Below are positions 19,401 through 26,301 of a stretch of 55,045 nt of DNA, in pieces (the stretch's first letter is position 1; every line of letters starts with the position of its first letter). The stretch is from a virus (taxonomy: Duplodnaviria > Caudoviricetes). A model generated the notes under the pieces. It was not told the origin of the DNA and ran no database searches. It saw nothing but the letters and a program-made list of their open reading frames with translations. A program made the translations under genes and the position numbers. The stretch spans positions 1 through 55,045 of the IMG/VR virus record IMGVR_UViG_3300006790_001053. The stretch is one strand, 5' to 3'.

Positions 19401-19770
19401 AATCACCAGCTTCTCTAGCTGCTTTTTCAGTGGATACATCAGTGTCAATCTTTGACTCTAATGATGCGTCTCCAGCTACTCTGTCTGATGTTGCCGCATT
19501 ATACACAGAAGTTGTGTAAGCATACTGTGCGTCATCACCAGCAACTCTAGCAGATGCCTCAGACGACATGTCTGAATCAATCTTAGCTTCTAATGAATTA
19601 TCACCAGCAACTCTAAAAGATGCTTCAGCAAGGTCTGCTGCGTTTAAGTTTGCTAAATCGTCTACTAATCCAGGTAAATCTCCTTTTACGATACCACTTG
19701 GTTCAACGATTTGAGCGTTGTTTAAAATTAAATCTGACTGTCTATTTAATACTATTTTAGTATTTGCCAT
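16441..19770 (-). CDS. Long acidic Ala-rich coiled-coil fibre protein with small C-terminal beta domain
   Basis: Dozens of 11/22-aa repeats (KIDSDMSSEASARVAGDASLEA), three neck-like interruptions (DSFAEIV, DQFKEIV, DSFSEV) and C-terminal VFLNGQLLVEGVDWT. Confidence 0.8.
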   Translation of the reverse strand: MANTKIVLNRQSDLILNNAQIVEPSGIVKGDLPGLVDDLANLNAADLAEASFRVAGDNSLEAKIDSDMSSEASARVAGDDAQYAYTTSVYNAATSDRVAGDASLESKIDTDVSTEKAAREAGDLSLTTKVNADVSNEKSEREAADTAEATARAAADNQLQSNIDTFESRHDSEMSSEISNRIAGDASLDAKVSTLQVAHDEEMSTEVAARQAADATLQSNIDTLDAKVDSEVSAEASARIAGDAAEASSRLAADTTLQNNIDTLEAEHIADVSTLQANIDSESSRAQVAEVANADAIAAETSNRIEDVNAEEARAIAAEGSLNTKIGVEEAARIAADGTLQSNIDVEKGRIDAILSASTADADSFAEIVTLINSVDTENDQAFAAYVLSNDAAVSSEVSSRIAGDSSLEASLSTEVARAEAAESSLDTALAGEASSRLAADQAHDAAISQEIVDRTAGDQALQTSLDNEISDRVANDLNQAANLSAEVSRAEAAELSLDTALNNEVSDRIADVNAEETRAIAAEGSLDTKLADEIADRVADVNAEEARALAAEASLAQVVADEVSSRIADVDAEEARAIAAEGSLENKINSDVSSEASTRLAADISLETKMDADMSSEASARVAGDNSLEAKLDSDMSSEASARVAGDASLATKVDTDVSSEKSAREAADSLLEAKINADVSTEKAAREAADASLEADLSNETDFRLFNDASLETKIDADVSSEASARVAGDASLATKIDTDMSNEVVAREAGDASLEAKIDSDMSSEASARVAADTSLATKIDADVSSEASLRVAGDEALTAKINSDVSSEASSRVAADATLQSNIDVEKGRIDAILSGASIDLDQFKEIVSFVEEVDLENDNALLAAVNSINTAIADEVAAREAADTAVRTDMSDAILSAKTDVELQVSDEITARQSAVTSLEVKHDAELADVNSKLVTEESARIATDATLQASIDTLTSDLADEVTAREEGDTSLESKITDIISNTDFTAMDSFSEVTNHLTRLEDNHLQKAYVMSPALNQNGDMIGFQMNYQQKQNTIQVFLNGQLLVEGVDWTIATSTISLDVKPAAGEPVGAIKLNYNGRTTDTYTIYGVRYQSEISYNGYGY
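17453..19587. repeat. 66-bp-period coding repeats including a perfect 44-bp direct repeat (17453-17496 = 19544-19587)
   Basis: ACTCTAGCAGATGCCTCAGACGACATGTCTGAATCAATCTTAGC is present at both positions. Confidence 0.85.
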
Positions 19771-19796
19771 AATTATTTTTTTTTAACAAATTATTA

Positions 19797-19812
19797 AACA
19801 CCCTCTTGTGTT
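19797..19812 (-). promoter_or_regulatory. Leader hairpin AACAC-AAGAGG-GUGUU, 26 nt upstream of ATG 19770
   Basis: 5-bp stem with purine hexaloop; positional twin at 22599-22614. Confidence 0.35.
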
Positions 19813-19912
19813 AAAAATCCAATTTAGATTTTTATTTGTTATTCAAATTTTAATTTTAATTTTTTTTATTTTTTATTTAATTTTAATATTAATAGTTATC
19901 TAGTTTTTTTTA

Positions 19913-20494
19913 TTACTTTTCTTCTGCAGTCCAACCATGTTTCTCACTCAACATCGTCCCAGTCTTAGAATATTCTACATCAGCTAATGGGTCGTAATTC
20001 TGAACATCTCTCGCCTCTATTTCAGTCACTTGGTCGATAAGTTTCATAGCGTTAGACTTTAATGTTTGACTATTCATTCCCTCCATTAAAGTTCCTCCTG
20101 CTACACTATTGATAAAATTTAATTTTGATTTATATATTTCTTCTATTAATTGACCTTCCTTATCTTGTGGAGCATTGTTTCTTTTGGTATTCAACTCAGC
20201 TCTTCTCACATTTAAATCAGATATTAAAGATTCAAACCTACTAGTCTCTTTAGTTGTTTCTTCAGTTAATTTAGAATTTAATCTTTTAACGGCTTTCTTA
20301 TTATCACCATCTAACTTAGAAATCTTATTAATAAGGACTTCTTGTTTTCTATGTGAATCTTCTAGTTCTCTTTTTCTGATGAGAACATCATCCATCACTT
20401 TATTAACATTTTTAACATCTTCCTCATACTGTTGTACCTCTGTAAGTTTTCTTTTTTCTGATACACTGTCTGATTTTTGACTGTATTTTTCCAT
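19913..20494 (-). CDS. Hypothetical coiled-coil protein, possible diverged paralogue of the distal part of the fibre
   Basis: LNSKLTEE...SKLNFINSVAGGTLME versus fibre VNSKLVTEE...SKITDIISNTDFTAMD. Confidence 0.7.
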   Translation of the reverse strand: MEKYSQKSDSVSEKRKLTEVQQYEEDVKNVNKVMDDVLIRKRELEDSHRKQEVLINKISKLDGDNKKAVKRLNSKLTEETTKETSRFESLISDLNVRRAELNTKRNNAPQDKEGQLIEEIYKSKLNFINSVAGGTLMEGMNSQTLKSNAMKLIDQVTEIEARDVQNYDPLADVEYSKTGTMLSEKHGWTAEEK

Positions 20495-20528
20495 GTTTTA
20501 TTTTTTTTTTATTTTATTGTTATTTTAT

Positions 20529-22571
20529 CTAATCTCCTCGAAAAGGAATTCGATAAGATATAGTATGTACTGTATCTTCATCACCTATAGGTGATGAAAG
20601 GGTTGTAGTCCAACTAATACTGTCATTACTAAATTGTCCTATTTGAATACCTACTCTATAGCTTTCTTCTCCTGTTTCCTCGTCTACAATTACCTCTTGT
20701 GCAACAAAAGCATTACCTGTTTTTGCCATTGGGTCTGGTGAAATTTTCCAGCCTCCAATTCTTAATTGGGTGACGATTGCAGGATTTTCTTTATCACCAT
20801 TTGATTCTCCAGCAGCAGTTGCATCAACAGCAAGACCGGACAACTTACCTCGTATAAAACTGTATGAGTATGTACCTCCATCAACAAGATGTACGGCTGT
20901 ATTTTCACCGTCTTCTTGAATTACTTCCCAAGTAACTGTCCATTGAGTGTCTTCACCACCTTCTTCTTCTGATGGTTCAGAGAAACTTAACATCTCGCCT
21001 TCAGGACCTTCTAAGAATGCTGTACCTTGAATTAATACTGATTCGTTAGAAGATCCGTCCCCGTTCGTTGTAACTTTGACAACATCAAGTCCTTCTACAC
21101 CTGTTCTAATTTGATATGAAGTAGCTGGTCCTGAAGTAAAGGTTAAGATATTTCCAAGTTTCGCAGTTTCTACAACTTCACCTGGTATTTTCGCTAAGCC
21201 ACCTTGCTGTTGTAAACCGTATGTACCTGTAGATTTAATATGGTTTTCTAACTCATCTCCACCATCTCCAGTGCTTCCACCTTCAAGTGAATTATACCAT
21301 GTAGAACTTACAGCATATACGTATCGGTCTTCCATAGCATACGGTGAATCAAATCCTTGAGACAACGTAATTTTGTAAACATTGCCCATAAATAGTGTAA
21401 ATTCTGGTGACATAAATTGTTCAAAATCTGATGCGCTTGTTTGTATTGACTGTGATTCTCCAAGTTCTGGATGAACAAAGTTAACTCTCCATACTCCATC
21501 ATTAACCAGTTTCAAGTAACCTCCTTTAGAATCTGGTTGAGAAGTCACAGCTCCGTCTGATTGAGGATTACTTTCCATATAAACTCCTCCTTCACTTTTA
21601 AATGATTGGAATGAAGCGATTGTTGAATCAATACTTCCATTAGTATCATATAGATAAACGTAATCTTCAAGAGGATGGTCTGATTTTAATCCATCTCCTG
21701 GTTTATCAGCATCTTCTCCAGAATCGTAAGTAATTGTAAATGTTTCAATTGCTTTTACAATATCAATATTAAAGGTCATTTCAGTACCTTCACCAAACCC
21801 ATCTACTGTTATCCACTCTGCCATTCCGTATCCTTCCCAATAAGGGTGTCTGAATTCAAAGGTACCAGGTTTTGCAGTATTTGGTCTTAACTGAAAATCT
21901 CCAAATACTAGATATCCATTCTCATTTGGAGAAAGATCTGTAAATGTTCTCTGAGATCCTTTAGTATTACTGTACGTGGCGTTGTACGAAGCTGGTGGAT
22001 CAAAGAAGTGACCAGTCGTAGGTTCTACAGCTGTACCACCATCCATTTCTGCAGCTTTTTTAGATTCTTCTAGAATTGTTTGATTTTCTTTTTTAACGTC
22101 TCTATTTAGTACCGATTCCTGCATTTTGGTTATTTCAGATCTTAATCTATTGTATTTATCTGTATAAGATTTAAAGCTAGATTTTTCAATCACCTCTACT
22201 GAAACAGTTTCAATAGAAGTAACACCGTTTTCTACTTCTAATAATTTATCGTTGATAACTGTTCTAATGATATCAGCTTTTGATACCTCAGCGTTTAATT
22301 CCGCTTCAATCTTTTCGATTTCAGAACTTCTACCACCATCTAAATTCTGAGCAGATTTACTTAAATTTGATTTTCTGTTGGTAAAGTCTTTATCTAATTC
22401 TTGTGATTTAATGAGAATATCTTTTTGTTTGTTTATTGTAGATTCCATATCATTAAGATATTCGTAGTATTGTATTGTCTCACTGTTGAAATCCTTTAAA
22501 AAGGTTTCCATTTGTGCGGGTGTAAGAATTTCCAAAGACCAATCCTTTTTGTTTTGTGTTCTCTCTTCCAC
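20529..22571 (-). CDS. Hypothetical protein: N-terminal coiled coil plus acidic beta-rich domains (fibre-associated)
   Basis: 680-aa ORF with GTG start; about 170 aa of charged helix followed by Gly/Ser/Thr/acidic beta-like sequence. Confidence 0.75.
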   Translation of the reverse strand: MEERTQNKKDWSLEILTPAQMETFLKDFNSETIQYYEYLNDMESTINKQKDILIKSQELDKDFTNRKSNLSKSAQNLDGGRSSEIEKIEAELNAEVSKADIIRTVINDKLLEVENGVTSIETVSVEVIEKSSFKSYTDKYNRLRSEITKMQESVLNRDVKKENQTILEESKKAAEMDGGTAVEPTTGHFFDPPASYNATYSNTKGSQRTFTDLSPNENGYLVFGDFQLRPNTAKPGTFEFRHPYWEGYGMAEWITVDGFGEGTEMTFNIDIVKAIETFTITYDSGEDADKPGDGLKSDHPLEDYVYLYDTNGSIDSTIASFQSFKSEGGVYMESNPQSDGAVTSQPDSKGGYLKLVNDGVWRVNFVHPELGESQSIQTSASDFEQFMSPEFTLFMGNVYKITLSQGFDSPYAMEDRYVYAVSSTWYNSLEGGSTGDGGDELENHIKSTGTYGLQQQGGLAKIPGEVVETAKLGNILTFTSGPATSYQIRTGVEGLDVVKVTTNGDGSSNESVLIQGTAFLEGPEGEMLSFSEPSEEEGGEDTQWTVTWEVIQEDGENTAVHLVDGGTYSYSFIRGKLSGLAVDATAAGESNGDKENPAIVTQLRIGGWKISPDPMAKTGNAFVAQEVIVDEETGEESYRVGIQIGQFSNDSISWTTTLSSPIGDEDTVHTISYRIPFRGD

Positions 22572-22598
22572 AATTATTTTTTTTATTAATTATTATTC

Positions 22599-22614
22599 TA
22601 TGCTCTTTCGCACA
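22599..22614 (-). promoter_or_regulatory. Leader hairpin UGUGC-GAAAGA-GCAUA, 27 nt upstream of GTG 22571
   Basis: 5-bp stem (one G-U pair, valid on the minus strand) with purine hexaloop. Confidence 0.35.
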
Positions 22615-22666
22615 AAAAAATTAAACCCATAATTTTAGTTTTGATTATAAATAAAAATAGTCGTAT

Positions 22667-22699
22667 TGGGTAGTTTTGAAGCTAAAACAAAATTACCCA
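22667..22699. repeat. Inverted repeat TGGGTAGTTTTG-N9-CAAAATTACCCA in the long intergenic leader
   Basis: 11 of 12 positions are complementary. Confidence 0.7.
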
Positions 22700-22784
22700 C
22701 TAGATATTTTATATTAATTTAAATTGGAAATATATATTTATATATAGATATTAATATTTGAATGGTTTTCTCCCATTCTTTTTC

Positions 22785-22794
22785 TATAAATATG
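22785..22794 (-). promoter_or_regulatory. Putative late promoter CATATTTATA heading the fibre operon
   Basis: Motif match about 210 nt upstream of GTG 22571. Confidence 0.5.
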
Positions 22795-22831
22795 TAGGTT
22801 TTCGGAAAAAGTCAAAAAATTTAAAAAAAAA

Positions 22832-23065
22832 TTATAAATTATATAATAAATTTTTCAAATTCTTTATAGAATTAGCGTATAAAAGTGGTTCACATGACCC
22901 CGCCTCATTTAAATAATTAGTAACTTCTTTTACTATTTCATCCGTTCTTTCGAATATAAAAGTTGCTTTACCCTTGTTTTTCTCAACCACCATTTTAAAC
23001 CCTTTAAGCTTTAAATAAGCAGTTAAATATAAATCTGATGTTGTATATTTATTCTCTCTTTCCAT
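22832..23065 (-). CDS. DUF5659-like small protein
   Basis: YTTSDLYLTAYLKLKGF...FIFE...IKNLKNLLY pattern; has its own late motif at 23086-23095. Confidence 0.65.
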   Translation of the reverse strand: MERENKYTTSDLYLTAYLKLKGFKMVVEKNKGKATFIFERTDEIVKEVTNYLNEAGSCEPLLYANSIKNLKNLLYNL

Positions 23066-23085
23066 TTAATTGTTCTCTTTACATC

Positions 23086-23095
23086 TATAAATAGC
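23086..23095 (-). promoter_or_regulatory. Putative late promoter GCTATTTATA
   Basis: 20 nt upstream of ATG 23065. Confidence 0.5.
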
Positions 23096-23124
23096 TAAAA
23101 TCTATAAAAAAGTCTATTTTTTTT

Positions 23125-23625
23125 TTATAAATTTTTATATCTGTAACTACATCTTATTTTAGTATTAATCATGGGTGCCTCGTTAAAAATTATTTTATTA
23201 CCATCTAACGTGTAGTCTTCCGACTCACCAATATCCTGTAATAAGCCATTTAAATAGATATGTTCACTATTCTCTTCTGGGGTATTTAATAAGACAAAAT
23301 CTGTATTAGTACCATCCACTAAACCAGTAGGTACCTCTTTATCCGAATAATTTTGTTTGAAGGTTAATTCGTCCCAATCAGATAAATCAAATACCCAATT
23401 ACTAATATTTTTTAATTTGTAATAAGTTTCACCACCATTGACACCAACAATCATCCCTGCTCTTCTTCTTTCTGCTGTAATAAGATTTAGTTCATTGACA
23501 GTACCAACATTTCTTAAACCATCGATACCATACATAGGGTCTATGACTGGATAACTATCTCTAGTATCCATTGGACTTAAGTAACCAAGTAAACCAACAC
23601 CACCAATTAAATTAAAATCACCCAT
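23125..23625 (-). CDS. Virion fibre-associated/adaptor protein
   Basis: N-terminal ITAERRRAGMIVGV...YYKL module and C-terminal GLVDGTNTDFVL...IYLNGLLQ...DYTL...FNEAP domain typical of phage fibre/baseplate proteins. Confidence 0.65.
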   Translation of the reverse strand: MGDFNLIGGVGLLGYLSPMDTRDSYPVIDPMYGIDGLRNVGTVNELNLITAERRRAGMIVGVNGGETYYKLKNISNWVFDLSDWDELTFKQNYSDKEVPTGLVDGTNTDFVLLNTPEENSEHIYLNGLLQDIGESEDYTLDGNKIIFNEAPMINTKIRCSYRYKNL

Positions 23626-23637
23626 ATCAAATTAAGA

Positions 23638-26292
23638 TTAATCACATAACCACACATCTATGTCAGCGTAAGTAGATACATATGTTCTGTATATTTTATA
23701 AATAGTTTCTTCACCACCTTCGGTTAAAGTTATTTCACCCATGTCTATCATTGGTATCGCAAATCCTACACATCCTTCATTACTATTTCTAAATAGTGAT
23801 GGTTGTTGCATCTCTTGTGGTATTAAAATAAATCCATATCCAGGACCTTCTTCTATACCAATATAAGTACTAACTGCGTGTAGACTATTTTTAATGGTTA
23901 GACTACTTAATAGAGTTTCATTAAAGGCAGACTCAATCAATTTACCATAGTAAATCGTATTATTTACTGTAGGTGGTTCTGGGTCATAATTACAAGTACC
24001 ATTATCAACTGTTGCGTTAGGATTGTAATTATTTGCCTCTGGGTCAGTACAACCTTGAATAACAACGTAATTACAAGAACCATCATCTATTGTCGCTAAT
24101 GGGTTGTAATTAGTAGCCTCTGAATCTGTACAACCTACTATAGTTCTAGGTTGTGGTGGTTCTAGATAAGTAATAAAGTCTTCTCTAACTACTTTTAATT
24201 TTGCTAGTGATATGTGTTGTGCTCTAGTAACAAGATATTCATCGGTGATTCTACTATAATCATCATCTATCACTAAACTAGTAGTACCAGAGATACTACC
24301 TTTCGGTATAGTTATTTCACAATTAGTGGCCGTAATAGGGCTACCACTAACAACACCAAATCGACAATCGAAGTTATAGGTAAAGTCTTCTGATAGTGTT
24401 TTATTTAACTCCGCAATATATTGTACATTGATAGAACCAGGTCCTATAATAGCTTTTAAATCAACACTAATTCCTAGAGTATCACTAGTTATCAATTCAC
24501 CATCTACACAAACACCACCATAGGTTACTAACGCTGGTTGAACTATTAAACTACCACCGAAGGTCTCTCTAACACAATATCTATTTGAATCTACATATAA
24601 GTTATTTCTTATTTCCATTAGATTCAATGGTTTTTTATAAAACCTTAATTGTGACAACTCACCATCGAAAGTACCAGCAAAATATTTGGCTATATCTAAA
24701 TTTTGGTCTTTAGGGTCTGGACCTCCAAATGTCTGAGATTCTAATAGTCCTTGTGAACCACCACCCCAAGATATATTATAAGGTACGCCTAATTGTTTGG
24801 AACTATATTCATTTAAAGCTCTTAGTTGTAATCCGATAAAATTATCTACTTTGTAGACCATTCTACCATTAACCCAAAACTTTAAAGTACCTGCGGGTAA
24901 ATTATTTTTAACACTGTTTTGACTGTAAGTAACTGCAATATGTGTCCAATTATCCCCACTCAATACAACAGGGTATTTAGAATAACCTTCTTCCATGGTT
25001 GTACCAGTAATAAAGAAACTTTTATTACCATTACTACTATAAGAACAATTACTACCGTCTGTTGAACCAGTTATATTACCGTCCTTATCTAATAAACAAC
25101 CATCTATTTCGTTTCCATTATCATCACACCAATACTCATAACCAGCTACAGTCATTTTTCTATAACCAATACGACCATCGGGTTTGATTCTAATACCTAA
25201 AGCATTTTCAGATAATTCATCACAATAAGTGGTGGCTGTAGTAGCTGTAACCGTACTACCAGTACAAGGATTACAACAACCCCAATCGATAAAATTGTAA
25301 TTACTTAAACTAAACCAATCTTGTCCTTCATTAGATATTATTGGTTCTTCACCATCGGGTGATAAGGGTATGATACCATCACAAGTATATAATCCTGTCT
25401 CACCAGAAAAAACATTTCTAAATTTATTTTCAGCTCTTGTCCCTATATAGAAAAGGAAACCTGTATTACCCGAAAAATTATCATTTAAACTATTATTAGT
25501 TAAACCAGAACAAGAACTATTATCCCATTTAACCCAAGTTTCCATAGACCAACCACCAGTACCAGTACTACAATCATTATTGGAAATATTAAAGTTGGTT
25601 GGCATTAAATCGTATTTGGTAGCGTCTACATCAACTTCTACATATTCATTAACAACTACTTCCTTATCACATTCAAAAGTGGTAGCGGTAACTTCTATTG
25701 GATTTGGGTTTTCAAAGTCTAGTTTGAAAAATCCTTGGTAAAATCCACCATCTAAACAAATAACATCTCCGACACTACAAGTTTTACCAGAATCATCTTT
25801 CTCTGTACAATAAGTTCCAGAATTTTGTTTAGTGGTAGTATTAGTGATATATGTCCATGGATAGTCGTACTTACCTTTAGTACCCACAGAAGTAGCATCA
25901 TTTACCGTATAACCAGTGACAGGATAAAGAATTACTTTTGTATCTGCTGTGGTGAAACTAACGGTGATTCCAGATAATCTATCATATCTACCATTATCCA
26001 CACCAGTTAAACCAAAATCACAAGTAGTAAATCCAGAACAAGGTTTTATTATTGCCTCATCCCATGTTACTAAAGATGTTAAAGAGTCACCATTAGTGGT
26101 GGTACCCGTATTATTAACATCTAACCAAAGAACTAGGTTATTGGTTACTATTTCTTTATTTGAGGTATCTTTTTTATTGGTTGCGTAATCTAAACATCTA
26201 CCTTCATTATCAGATGTAATATGAGCGTCCCAATAATTATTGTGTATTATTCTACCCTCTAAATTTTTAAAATAGTAACTACTTATACCCAT
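23638..26292 (-). CDS. Cys-rich virion protein with LamG/ConA-like domain and two GCTD repeats
   Basis: WSMETWV...WTHIAVTY...KFWVNG...FDGELSQLRFYKKPL (LamG-like); GCTDSEATNYNPLATIDDGSC and GCTDPEANNYNPNATVDNGTC. Confidence 0.75.
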   Translation of the reverse strand: MGISSYYFKNLEGRIIHNNYWDAHITSDNEGRCLDYATNKKDTSNKEIVTNNLVLWLDVNNTGTTTNGDSLTSLVTWDEAIIKPCSGFTTCDFGLTGVDNGRYDRLSGITVSFTTADTKVILYPVTGYTVNDATSVGTKGKYDYPWTYITNTTTKQNSGTYCTEKDDSGKTCSVGDVICLDGGFYQGFFKLDFENPNPIEVTATTFECDKEVVVNEYVEVDVDATKYDLMPTNFNISNNDCSTGTGGWSMETWVKWDNSSCSGLTNNSLNDNFSGNTGFLFYIGTRAENKFRNVFSGETGLYTCDGIIPLSPDGEEPIISNEGQDWFSLSNYNFIDWGCCNPCTGSTVTATTATTYCDELSENALGIRIKPDGRIGYRKMTVAGYEYWCDDNGNEIDGCLLDKDGNITGSTDGSNCSYSSNGNKSFFITGTTMEEGYSKYPVVLSGDNWTHIAVTYSQNSVKNNLPAGTLKFWVNGRMVYKVDNFIGLQLRALNEYSSKQLGVPYNISWGGGSQGLLESQTFGGPDPKDQNLDIAKYFAGTFDGELSQLRFYKKPLNLMEIRNNLYVDSNRYCVRETFGGSLIVQPALVTYGGVCVDGELITSDTLGISVDLKAIIGPGSINVQYIAELNKTLSEDFTYNFDCRFGVVSGSPITATNCEITIPKGSISGTTSLVIDDDYSRITDEYLVTRAQHISLAKLKVVREDFITYLEPPQPRTIVGCTDSEATNYNPLATIDDGSCNYVVIQGCTDPEANNYNPNATVDNGTCNYDPEPPTVNNTIYYGKLIESAFNETLLSSLTIKNSLHAVSTYIGIEEGPGYGFILIPQEMQQPSLFRNSNEGCVGFAIPMIDMGEITLTEGGEETIYKIYRTYVSTYADIDVWLCD

Positions 26293-26301
26293 ATCATTAT
26301 T

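Noticed and set aside
16441-19770. Regularly spaced DNA repeats as a possible CRISPR array
   Set aside because: The repeats are degenerate at third codon positions, contiguous and protein-coding; there are no unique spacers or cas genes.
19771-19912. tRNA or known ncRNA in the larger intergenic gaps
   Set aside because: No cloverleaf or T-loop GTTCRA signature seen; the gaps are almost pure A/T apart from the short hairpins reported.
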